From Neoechinorhynchus agilis (taxonomy: Eukaryota; Animalia; Acanthocephala): a stretch of DNA of 64,000 bases. The position numbers were made by a program, and so were the translations under genes. Each line of letters starts with the position of its first letter. Position 1 is the first letter of the stretch. The DNA lies in contig CM121343.1 of NCBI GenBank assembly GCA_051530055.1, positions 5,240,389 to 5,304,388 of the forward strand, in the 5' to 3' direction. The notes under the pieces were generated by a model. It saw nothing but the letters and a program-made list of their open reading frames with translations, had not been told where the DNA came from and searched no databases. Shown one piece after another: positions 12,210-24,800 of the stretch.

Positions 12210-12885
12210 TAAAACCGTCTTGGACCAACTATAATACACTTGTTGTTTCATAATAAGCGGTGATTTTTCTATTCACCGAAGAGACAATAAAGGTAAATCG
12301 CAAGACTTTTAAATCTATTTTTATGGAAAATTAGGTTGTTTGAAAGTTTCCATCCACTTTTTTTAGCGAATTATCAAATGCTACAATTTGTTGTCTTCAA
12401 ATGTTATGTTTGTTCGGCAGCTTCCTTGATGGCCGTGGCATTGCCGCGTTGGATCGCTGCAACAGGAAGTTAGAACATTGTGAGTTTTGTTAATCAACGA
12501 AAAAAGCACGCGGACGACAAAGTGCCTCTTACGTCACGATGTGCGATTTGAATCGTACGCGCGCCCAATTTCTGGGAAGTAGTTACATCGCAGTACGTCA
12601 TCGGAGTTTGGCCCTTTGAATCTTTGGTCTTCCATTTGTGACGTAACCGAACTGTAGAACGTTTGAATTGACTTTATGACACCTCGGCTTTTATGTTTTA
12701 AGCGACCTCCGTTTCCTGACATCACCCTAAAAAATTCGTCTTGCATTCTTTATCCGATTTGGGCGATCAGTTTTGGATGAGGGACGCCATTGCGTGTGAG
12801 CGGCAACAACAACAAGTGTGCCATATTTGTGGATTTATACAAAAATACTATGATTTTTAGATACACGAGGCTTGCCTCCACCACC

Positions 12886-14247
12886 ATGATTATCCGGCGT
12901 TACGCACCTTCTGTTGTTTCATGGGGATTATTTCTTTTCGTATCGGTTTCATACTTCACCTCAATCCAAGGATCCTCTAGCTGGAAGTCAAGAGGTGCCA
13001 GCGATAGGATGTTCATTTTGTACATCATTCATATTATCGTCTTTTTCTATACTTGTACAAACTTTGTAGCCGCTTGCAAACTCGATCCGGGCTTTTATGC
13101 TCAAGATTCGGACGAAATGCTCTCAAATGCTTCCTATCAGGAAATAGTCGTGGGACCTGCAAAGGGAGTCAATGCGCTACCGAGAAGACTTCGATCAAAG
13201 TACTGCCAAACCTGCGAGTTCTATCGACCTCCAAGGTGCTCCCATTGTAGTGAGTGTGCTGAAGATGGAATTTTTCTTATTATTTGGCCCACACACCCTT
13301 ATTGAATTTTAAAAAATAATTAGCGACCCACAAAAATTCCATTTTTTAATCGATGCGTGGACCACTTTGATCATCACTGTCCCTGGCTCAACAATTGCAT
13401 CGGTCGCCGCAACTACAATGTATTTTTCCGCTTTCTATGCCTTCTTATCGTTCATATGGCCATGGTTTTAGTCGGATGCGTTGAGTACTTTAATGGACTC
13501 GCTAATAGAATCAACCAACATGGCAAGGTCCCCTCAGCAGCCATACTCGCTGATCCGGTTACAATCATTGCCATCATTGTCGCTCTTATCGATGGCATTA
13601 TGATATTTCCAATGTTCGGTCTTACCGTTTTCCATTCTGTATTGATCGCAAACGGACGAACTACCAACGAACAGGTCACCGGTCGATATAAAGACCTGGA
13701 CCATCTTTACGGAAAAGGATCAGTCTTCAAGAACTTTGCTTTCCTTTGCTTTGGATCGCGCATCCCATATCTTGGTGATCGCATTGAACCATGTAGACGT
13801 CGACGAAGAAGTATAATCCGTTGGGATCGACGGAGAGCCAAAGCGAATAAAACGACGCTGGACGTCTCTATCAGTCGATCAGATCAAAAGGAACCTCTTA
13901 TAAGAACAGACGGGGCCAGAAATAACGCCCATCGAATATGCAGCAGCAGCAGCAACAACAACAACAACGATTGTACGACCAGTACCAGCAGTAGCTTAGG
14001 AGGTGGCTTATATGTAAATATGGCAACTTGCGGGGAGCAAAATTACGACAATCTTGCATTCAATCTGATGGAGCAAAGAACTCAATCAAAAATTCGACAT
14101 TCTTCCAACAAGCAATCAACTGATAGGAGATCTGAAGGAAAGCGCAAAGATCTCAACAGCAATACGCCAACATCTTCAAGAAAAGGGAACAAACGTTCCA
14201 TGCGTTCATCCAAATCAGGGCTTAAAGGACCTGAGATTACGGTATGA
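12886..14247 (+). CDS. ZDHHC: DHHC palmitoyltransferase (ZDHHC5/8-like); one apparently non-canonical intron in the Cys-rich domain
   Basis: KYCQTCEFYRPPRCSHCSEC joined to NRCVDHFDHHCPWLNNCIGRRNY, plus the TTNEQ motif and TM segments. Confidence 0.92.
13258..13347 (+). other. Candidate non-canonical hairpin intron, 90 nt (GC...TT as written)
   Basis: Contains an in-frame TGA. Removal restores HCSEC-NRCVDHFDHHC. 11-bp perfect stem atggaattttt/aaaaattccat, extendable to about 15 bp with G-U pairs. Confidence 0.72.
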
Positions 14248-14481
14248 ACCTTCTTTATGTCAAAATTTTTCTAAAAGGTGAATGAGTTTAATACTTTTCT
14301 TCAATCTTGATTTTGTTCGCTTTTGTTTTTTGGTCCGAAATTAGCAGATAGTATGCAAAAATCATTTATTGTGTGTGTGCGCGCGCGATCGATCAATTTT
14401 ATCCTCCTTTCGCTGATTGCATTCGTTCAAAAAGAATTGTATTTCGAGAACAAAGAAGGGCGCACATTCGTTTCGATGGAA

Positions 14482-15631
14482 TTAAACGGTTTCACCCAAG
14501 AGAATGGTATCGATCACTTCAATGCTATCTTGAGCGCGAGATGAACTGACATTAATTTTCTTACGTCTTGCAGCCCAAATAGCGGCACCAACGGCAGCAT
14601 TTCCTTTTAGTTTGAACAATGATATTTTTGAAACATCCTTTATACCTTTTTCGGCTTTTTTATTTAGCAATATTTTCTCAAAGCGTTGTTTCAACAACGA
14701 TTGCTTTTTCGGCTTAACAGCATCCATAAAGCCAGGTTTTAAGTGTTTCCAGCTCTTAAAAACAGAACCGGTACAGATGACTTTGAGTTCGCCGTTTTTA
14801 ACGACGGCCGGGTCACAATGCGGACGAATGCAAACCAAATGCCTACCGATCTCATATCCGGCTTGGTAAAATAGATGCTTAGCCAACGCATCGTTCGCTT
14901 CGGCCAGTTTGGCGATTTGTACAGTGAAACCTGCAATTTTCTCTTTTGAAAAGTCCTTGTATATATAGACGAGCGTTTCCTCAAGTTGCGATATGTCAAG
15001 GTATTTAAACAATTCTTTACGAACCGCATCAGTGCCGAACGCACACTTATTGAGCGGATACATGTTTTTTTGTTCTCCCCCCCCCGCCCGCCTTCCAGAA
15101 CATTAATCCGCCCCCTCATTTACGATACCCGTCCGAATCGTCCAGGAGGGTTTTTATCGCCAAATGTGCGATGTAGTAAGCAGATCCTTCATCGCCCAAG
15201 ATATGTCCCCAACCACCGACTCGAGTAGATGTCCCATTGGGATTATAGACAACGCAGTTGCTTCCAGTTCCTACGATTATATTCACTCCACCTCGATTGC
15301 TAATCGCGAATACCGGAGCAAGAGTATCTTCTCCTATAAATAAGTCCTCCGTTTCAAGCGAAAGACCCTTCAGTTCGGCCATGAGTTGCGTCCGTGATTG
15401 GACTTGTCCTGCCCCACTTAACGACATCCCGACCGCACTCAAATGGTTCCCATCGGGCAATTTTGAACCCAACTCTTCAATCAATCCTTTAAGCATCTTT
15501 GCACTTTCAATAAATCCGGTTACCCAAGGATTAGTGGCCGCAATAGTGGCCTCTGCAATCTGATTTCGTTTATTGTCGATAAGGACGCCATTAGTCGAAC
15601 TTGCACCACCTTCAATGCCCACAAAGTACAT
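14482..15631 (-). CDS. NAGK: N-acetyl-D-glucosamine kinase; 2 exons
   Basis: Motifs YFVGIEGGAS, GTGSN, RVGGWGHILGDEGSAYYIA, ICTGSVFKSW and AAVGAA. The two halves lie in different frames. Confidence 0.93.
15046..15121 (-). other. Candidate non-canonical hairpin intron, 73 nt (15046-15118 or 15049-15121)
   Basis: Removal gives DDSDGYRKCAFGTDAVRKELFKYL, the same length as human DSIDNLEAAPHDIGYVKQAMFHYF. Stem tgag..cggat-ta-atgtt / aacat-gt-atccg-ctca. No GT at the 5' end. Confidence 0.6.
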
Positions 15632-15975
15632 CAATCATTCTCAAATGGACAAAGGTACGGCCGTTAATTGAAAATCAATGAAGTATTGGAGTGGCGCAGT
15701 TGTCACTTTCGTCTTTGATTCTCCTTCTGAACTCATACCAAAATCTAGAGTTTTGGCGACGCTGCTTCACCTATATCTTTCCCGTGCCGTTTTCTCTCCT
15801 CGCATTTAAACTAAAATTTGAGTCATGTGAGTAAGTCTTCTTGCTCACGACTTATCCCGTGCTCTCTCTCGACACCACTTGATTCATCTTTAAAGGGGGA
15901 AACGAACTCCAGCTTAAACAAAAAAACGACTAGACAATCTTCGCTTGACACGCGCACGCACACATCTGAATAAGT

Positions 15976-18900
15976 TCAATGATCGCTACCTCCGCCGGTA
16001 CGATGATCGACGGTCCAATCGATAGATAGCAACTCATCCAGTAACGTTTTGGAGCTCTTCGATGTTGTACCTTTCAATTTGAAAAAGAATCTTAACCAAG
16101 AAATGAGAGTTTTTACAAAAGTGTACCCTTTTCACTCCTCGGACTAGTGCCGCGGGGATCATTTTGAACAAAAGAAACATGATCCAACTTAATCAAATCC
16201 TCATTCTCGGGTCGAGGTCCTTGAACGTGATCAATCATATTCTTTTCTGCATCTACTGGATATTATTCATTTCAAACTTCTACAACACTCACCGTATTGC
16301 CTCGAGTGTTCGATGCAACCCAACCTAAAAAAAGAAGACGAAGAAGAGTAATGCCATTAGCAAGACATTTACACAATTACCTTTGAGCTTGGATGAGATC
16401 TTCTTTGTTCAATCCAAACATTAAAGCGAACTCATCACGAAGACACTTTTCACCGGGCGTCACGAGTTCAAGGCCTTCGGTCATTTGAGTTACCATATTC
16501 GCCTTTTCCGGCTCCTTAAAAAACAAATACAACCTCGAATGATCGCCATCCGATACACAAAAACTGTCCTTCAATTGATTTCCATACTCGTCACGAGCCC
16601 TCTTTAAAAGGTCCGAACATTCCAATAGCGATTTGGCGGACTTCGATTTCACCAGACACGATTGAAACGAATGACTTCTTAAATGCCTATATAAACTCTC
16701 AATCGCGATCTTGTCAACGGCTACAACGTCGATGTTCAACAATGCAGATACGGGCCTAAATATTGAGCAATTTAGTTGTGTGAGAGCAAATCCGTCGAGA
16801 GAACAAAAACCCGCATTTGCTTCTTTTTAATTCAAATCGTAATAATGAACGGTAGATAAAGCTTCTCAAGAGAGAAAACGGACCTGTGATCAGACGTCAT
16901 GAGTTCAGTTCTTGCATAATAGAGTAAATCGACGCCATTGGTGCGATTATCATTTCGTTCTGGAAATGAGGACAATAAACGGCATGATCGGTAATTATAA
17001 TCACAAGAAACCTGTCTTCGTAGTAAAAGATCGGAGCGGTTGGCCACGCCTCCACATTATTCTGTCAGTCCAGGATGGTATCCGGGCTTTTTCAGAAGTG
17101 TCGTACTCTTGACAGTGGTAATCGTACTTATAGGTCGGTGCAAACATGATTGGACCTTCTTCGAAGCCTTTGAAAACCTTAGAAAGAAATGTTTAGAAGA
17201 AAAAGATATGCGTTTATACCCTTTCGGCCAGTCGTTCCTCGATTAGTTGATCAGCAGACAGGAGTTCATTGTACCGATTTCGATTTATGTAATCAAGAAC
17301 CTGCGGCCTCGTAAGATTTATCCGATAATTAAAATCTCCAAAGAAGAAAAGGTAGTCATGGGACATAACATCATGATATCTCTAATCCACGCTGGTCAGT
17401 GTTTTTTAAGAATTAAAATTCCTTTTAAGACTTACGAATCGTGCAGACAGTTTAGATATTATTGAATTGTAATCATCATTACGCTCAGCTACTTGATTTT
17501 GGCCAGCTTCAAAATGTGCGCAAATGAAACAGAGCGTAGTGTTAAACACACTGAATCGAACAGCCACACAGCCTTTGTTACCAGCCGAGTTCATGAATCC
17601 GGTTTTTATTTTTGCTGTTTTGATGAATCTAATGGATATGTGATTAATCGATATTAGGTCTTTAAATCAGAAAAGCACCAATACGACAGCAAAGTCCGCA
17701 TTAAAAAACAGCGGTAGTTCATCATGAACTCTTTTTTTTAGAAATCCTGTTCTTATCAAATTTGGTAATTGCATGGAAAGACTTGGATAAATTTCTTTTA
17801 TTATGAAAAGGTTAGGAGAAAAAAAGGTTGTTGATTACCGAAATCAAATTCACCGTTCATTTATTAGTTTCTCGAGAAAAGAATGAGAGCGTTTTTTATT
17901 TTACCTTTATATTATGGAGGAATACGGTAAAATTAAGAACGCTTCATAAAATTCGGATGAAGAACACAAAAATTTCAGAACAAAAAGAGAAGTTCGCCGT
18001 CCAAGATCAAAATTTCGATTAGAATTAGCATTGTTCAAATAAGCAAATTTACCTAATGTGTGGTGCTAATGATTCTTTAGCAAACAGTATGAGACATACA
18101 CCGACCAATTGATCTTGGCACACGCACACATATCGATCATAGGAATCCATATTCAGCATTGAGCTTATCATACAATACCATCGTTGCATATTTTCTTCAC
18201 TAAAGGAAGGATTTTCTTCAACAGTTCTAACACTATAGAGTACCTTGCTTTAACAATGCTTGATGCATTAATATCACATATTTCTTGAAAGCCAATTGCA
18301 TAAATATCTGGCTCAGTAGAAGAATATCTCTCGGATAAAAATCCAGTAACACACAGCGGAAAGGCGGGATTTTGTACCGTTCTCTGCCGCAACAGTTGTT
18401 CCGGTCCATCAAGAAGCCAAGATGACAGAGTTGCGGTTTTTCCTGTCTTATCATCCTTATTTGTCTCAGTTGCTTTATCTTTATCACCATTAATGTTCCA
18501 ACTGTAGATACCGACTCGTAGTTTCCTGTAAGTCCAAGGAGAATCCTTAGTTTGCACATTGCGACCAATATTATTTATCAAATACTTCAAGACATTTTCT
18601 TCGCCTAATCATTAACAATATGCTAAAATTCGCATTTTGTAACGCTGCAATAGGAACCGAATAAAAGCTGAGGGGAAAGATGGGTGTAAAGAAGTTGATC
18701 GAATGAATTTGGTCGATTGTACGATTGGACAAGTAACTTCATTACTGCTGTTTTGGATTCGTCATATAGATTATTTTGTAGGGCCCGAGCGAACGACCGA
18801 GTGACATCGTGTGCCTAAAATGATCTTCTTAAAGTGTTGGGTGCATGTTAAAAAGAAAGAATACCCGTGATTTGCCCGTTAGAGCCCCAGTGCCGGTGTA

Positions 18901-21207
18901 TATCCGACTGATAGCATCTCCGTTCGCATTCCAAGCGTTGATTTGGCCGCAACGGAGATTATCTTGAATAATGGAATTTAAGCCATCCATTCCAAGAGCT
19001 ATGGTTTGAATTGCGAACAGTACCTTTAAGTGCGTGCGCGTGGGGGGGGTCAAAACCAGTAGAAGCAAAAACAAACCGAATTAGATATTGCCGATTGAAC
19101 AACGTTTGTTCTGTCAAGGCAATCGAGGCAATTGAATCGAATAACTCCAGTTTGCTTGCGATGGCATTCCATACTAACAAGCTGACCAATGGAGTCAGTT
19201 ACGGTTCGAAAGTGCCAATAACCATGGGACAGGATAAAAGGCCATATAGCTTGACCATCCCGATGTTGAAGAAGATAATTGACGACAAATTGCTGGATAG
19301 AAATATTTTTTACGTTCTTCATGTGCTCGTGGTAGTCAAAGTGTGTAAATTGGAATGGAGGACTATCAATGGTTCGTCCACGAGAATTAAATCCCCTCGG
19401 ATAATGGGTACACAAATTCTCAAACGATTCAAAATAGCTTCTGGTCAATAGACCTTCGTCTTGCTTTGTTGATGACAAAGACAGTACCATGATATCGTCG
19501 TAATGCTCAGCCAGAAGCTTGAAATGACTTTAGAAGAAATGTTTGTTTTACCTGATCACTACAAAAAGGCGAAAAACTTACAGAACAAAAGACGGATAAG
19601 ATAGATGTAGACTTCTGGTTATAGAGATCCTGTGACTTCCTACCTAAAGTAAATCATTCAAAGGGTTTTCGTCTCTAATTTTAACTTTAATCGAAATTGT
19701 GTGTGTGCGTTTGAAGAAGCAACAATCTCTTTCGCCTCCAAAATCCTGATTTTTCGATGAAATTTTCAAGCTCTGTCGATTAAAGACTGTCGTTAAGAGA
19801 GATAAATGAAATTAAGAATTTATTGGATATTTCGATCCACTATCTCGGATCTTCTTCAGCGATTGTTTGCAAGTGTTTACGACGTTAGATCGTGTCTACG
19901 TAAACACTTGCAAACAATCGCTGAAGAAGATCCGAGATAGTGGATCGAAATATCCAATAAAATCTTAATTTCATTTATCTCTCCTATCAACAAATAACAA
20001 TGAATTATCTTTTCAACACAATTAAAGACTTTTTAAAAAACATTTAACAAAAACAGGGATTTAATGGTTGGGAATTTCCTTTGTAACTGATGATAAACTA
20101 ATCACCGCATAAAAGCCCAAATCTAACCTGCAACGGAGATTGTGTCCAATGTAAAGGCACAGAACCTCGTAGCACAACAAAGCTGCATTCATCAAAGGTT
20201 TTTCCCTTTCCGTAATTATCGACCTCCTTTATCAGTATCTGATATTAAGTAGAAATAATTTATAAAAAACGTCCTTGTTTTCATAATAAAACCTGTTCAG
20301 TTTCAACGAAATTGGCGGCATATCCGAAGTCGTTGGTTCCTCTTGTAATGAATCTGGTTCCAACGTTTTTGCAACTCATTCTCGAGATAAGCCAAAGCGA
20401 TAATGTACAATTGTGTGAAATATTGACTGGTTGATAGAAGACTCCACCGCAGATTACAGGCGCAAGCCATTGCAATTGATCAATTCCAGCACGAACGAAA
20501 GGAAGTATCCATCCTCGGTTCCTAGATTTGTGTAATAGAAAGAGATAATCCTCGGACTAACCAATAAAAATGACGCTGCGTTGGGCAGCCTTTGTGAAAG
20601 AATGATGAATTGAGCGTTAAATCATAGAATCCAACAATGCGCTTGTGTTCATCGATCATGCATGCATAGTAAAAACAACCGGACGTTAGAAACCTTTTAA
20701 TCTCCGTAATGCTTTCATCCTCCTGTCGATCATTCGATTGTATATTGCTTAATGGGATGAAACTGACATCAGTTATCCGATGAACCATTATATTCCTCCT
20801 CAAGGTACCAATCAAGACGTTTTGCGTCACACAAACCAAGTAAAACTGTCCACAAACGGCGCCATAATTGGAAATGGACGATGATGGAGCAACCAATTTG
20901 TTCGGCACTGCTAAGACTCCCAGAATACCACTTGCATTACAAATGTATTGAGCACTTCCACTTGGAAAGTACTGCTTTTCTTAACGAGATAAAAAACAAC
21001 AACAACCAATACTACCCAAATCGAAACTAACGCCACGAACGACCTACCTAGTGAACACACAGAGAACTTTTCAAAACAAAGCCAATGTGATGATTCGAAT
21101 GATTTCAAACGAACGTATTTGGTCGATGACTGCTTACACATTAAATAAGAGCCATCGTTAATATCTCGATAAATGTCGATCTTTCGCCTAACAGTCTTCT
21201 TATCCAT
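15976..21207 (-). CDS. SYNJ1: Synaptojanin (Sac1 domain + inositol 5-phosphatase + RRM-like region), many short GT-AG introns
   Basis: Motifs [75 protein letters not shown] and SDHRP. 3' end approximate. Confidence 0.93.
19797..19983. repeat. Near-perfect ~187-bp palindrome in a synaptojanin intron, each arm carrying a hammerhead-like core
   Basis: Arms gagagataaatgaaattaag..gtgtttacg / cgtaaacac..ttcatttatctctc. ctgaaga-a-gatcc-gagatagt-ggatc-gaaa at 19921-19950 matches the Penelope terminal-repeat motif. Confidence 0.85.
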
Positions 21208-21827
21208 GAGACCTCGTCTAAAACGAATTCCGCAAAAACATTACTCTGGGACTTTCTAGACCTCGACGAAATATTGAACCCGATTCTTACAATCAAATAA
21301 AACTCTTTACAACGACGCTAACGACGCTCAAATCGTATTATTGATCACTTAATCGTTAAATTCTTTCGTGTTACTCATGTAGATTTTATGGCTTTTGAAC
21401 TCTCAAAATTTTATTCAGTCAACATTATGGATTAACTGCGTGATTCAGACAATCGTCCGCTTTAAAAATATTACAACAAGGGTTCTAATAAGCAAATATG
21501 ATTAAAAGAAGGCATTTCAGCTTTTTTTAAACTGCTCGAGACTTTAGATCGTGGTTTCTTTAGAGAACCTCTTAAGTTGAAAAGCCATAATAATATAACT
21601 CACGATACAATGTTTCGAACGAGTCGACGAAATCCGCAACCGGCACACGCACTCAAACGAATGACTCTCGAAATTATACGATTTTTCCCTAGCGGCACAT
21701 GAGCACGTGTGAGTTAGTCACGATTTATGTTTGAGTGAAACGGAATGCTTCTAACTGTTCCAACGTTCAATCGAGAACAAAAACACACTTCATGATTTAC
21801 ATTAACCAGGATGATCAAAATCAGCAC

Positions 21828-24800
21828 TCAGAACTCGTCATCCGCGTGATCAGTGACGTCAGCAGTCTCTTCGCAAGTGACGCTTTCCTCGTCGATGGCG
21901 CTCGTAGCTTCCAAAATGGTGGATGCGAAATTTGCCGTCACATCCGGAACCCTATCCATTTCAAGAGGCAACGATGATGACCTACGAGTGATGGATCCGT
22001 CGTCCTCGCCGTCGTCGTCGTAAGTCTTCCTATGCCGTCCCATTTGCCTACCATGGTCTTTAAAAATAACTTTGGAAGCAATCGTCCCTATGGCCAATCC
22101 AGTAACAGTATTCTTAGCGCTGATGTTTGGTTTCTCTTGTTCTGTTGACTTTGTGCTTGTGGATGTCGACGATTGAACACATGAAACCGTTGAACGAATC
22201 TTCTCCCTTATAGGCTGCAATGGTTGATAATCTATGCGGCAGGAGAGAAACACACGAATAAAACCCCATAATTACATTCAATGTCAATGCCGGCACCGTT
22301 GCCCAACTTGTCGATTTTATCCGGCGGTATCTACGTTCAATGTTCCGTGTATGAAAGGAAGAAGTAAATCATTCATAATATTTACTCAGTTTCTATGTGT
22401 AGCCTTTTTTCATGGCTCATAGTTTTTTCCTTGGTCAGAGAAAAGCGCATAAAATCACACACTTAACACTCTGCTGCTGAACCATGGGACGCGGTCATGA
22501 GTTTGTACTCAACACTCCAGATCTTCGGATTGCCGCCATTAGTGAGTTCCCTCCTCCCTTCAGCGAAGTATTTCGCCCCCTTTAATCGTGGATTCGAACC
22601 CTTTGGCCCAAATAAGTCCACTGGACGACCTCGGCACAACTACGGAATGTACAAACTCAGTCAGATTTAAACCTTGAGGAAGTATTGAATTATTTTTATC
22701 TTATGTTACATTTTTCTCTCTAAGTGTTAGCCCCAGTTTTTATCAAAGGGTTCGAATCCGTTACCGCTGACGATGCACAACCAAAGGGGACGAAATACCT
22801 CGTTGAAGGGAGGAGGAAACTCACTGATGAGTCCCACCTCCTCCTGGGGAGGTATCCGAGGAATGTACAAACTCAGCCAGATTTAAACCTTGAGGAAGTA
22901 TTGAATTATTATCATCCCACCCACACAAAACAAAACACAAGAGAATGTACAAACTCAGCCAGATTTAAACCTTGAGGAAGTATTGAATTATTTTTATCTT
23001 ATGTTACATTTTTCTCTCTAAGTGTTAGCCCCAACTTTGGTCAAAGGGTTCGAATCCGTTACCGCTGACGATGCACAACCAAAGGGGACGAAATACCTCG
23101 TTGAAGGGAGGAGGAAACTCACTGATGAGTCCCACCTCCTCCTGGGGAGGTATCCGAGGAATGTACAAACTCAGCCAGATTTAAACCTTGAGGAAGTATT
23201 GAATTATTTTTATCTTATGTTACATTTTTCTCTCTAAGTGTTAGCCCCAACTTTGGTCAAAGGGTTCGAATCCGTTACCGCTGACGATGCACAACCAAAG
23301 GGGACGAAATACCTCTTTGAAGGGAGGAGGAAACTCACTGATGAGTCCCACCTCCTCCTGTGGAGGTATCCGACGAATGTACAAACTCAGCCAGATTTAA
23401 ACCTTGAGGAAGTATTGAATTATTTTTATCTTATGTTACATTTTTCTCTCTAAGTGTTAGCCCCAACTTTGGTCAAAGGGTTCGAATCCGTTACCGCTGA
23501 CGATGCACAACCAAAGGGGACGAAATACCTCTTTGAAGGGAGGAGGAAACTCACTGATGAGTCCCACCTCCTCCTGGGGAGGTATCCGAGGAATGTACAA
23601 ACTCAGCCAGATTTAAACCTTGAGGAAGTATTGAATTATTTTTATCTTATGTTACATTTTTTCTCTAAGTGTTAGCCCCAACTTTGGTCAAAGGGTTCGA
23701 ATCCGTTACCGCTGACGATGCACAACCAAAGGGACGAAATACCTCTGAAGGAGGAGGAAACTCACTGATGAGTCCCACCTCCTCCTGGGGAGGTATCCGA
23801 GGAATGTACAAACTCAGCCAGATTTAAACCTTGAGGAAGTATTGAATTATTTTTATCTTATGTTACATTTTTCTCTCTAAGTGTTAGCCCCAACTTTGGT
23901 CAAAGGGTTCGAATCCGTTACCGCTGACGATGCACAACCAAAGGGGACGAAATACCTCTTTGAAGGGAGGAGGAAACTCACTGATGAGTCCCACCTCCTC
24001 CTGAGGAGGTATCCGAGGAATGTACAAACTCAGCCAGATTTAAACCTTGAGGAAGTATTGAATTATTTTTATCTTATGTTACATTTTTCTCTCTAAGTGT
24101 TAGCCCCAACTTTGGTCAAAGGGTTCGAATCCGTTACCGCTGACGATGCACAACCAAAGGGGACGAAATACCTCTTTGAAGGGAGGAGGAAACTCACTGA
24201 TGAGTCCCACCTCCTCCTGGGGAGGTATCCGAGGAATGTACAAACTCAGCCAGATTTAAACTTTGAGGAAGTATTGAATTATTTTTATCTTATGTTACAT
24301 TTTTCTCTCTAAGTGTTAGCCCCAACTTTGGTCAAAGGGTTCGAATCCGTTACCGCTGACGATGCACAACCAAAGGGGACGAAATACCTCTTTGAAGGGA
24401 GGAGGAAACTCACTGATGAGTCCCACCTCCTCCTGAGGAGGTATCCGAGGAATGTACAAACTCAGCCAGATTTAAACCTTGAGGAAGTATTGAATTATTT
24501 TTATCTTATGTTACATTTTTCTCTCTAAGTGTTAGCCCCAACTTTGGTCAAAGGGTTCGAATCCGTTACCGCTGACGATGCACAACCAAAGGGGACGAAA
24601 TACCTCTTTGAAGGGAGGAGGAAACTCACTGATGAGTCCCACATCCTCCTGTGGAGGTATCCGACGAATGTACAAACTCAGCCAGATTTAAACCTTGAGG
24701 AAGTATTGCATTATTTTTATCTTATGTTACATTTTTCTCTCTAAGTGTTAGCCCCAACTTTGGTCAAAGGGTTCGAATCCGTTACCGCTGACGATGCACA

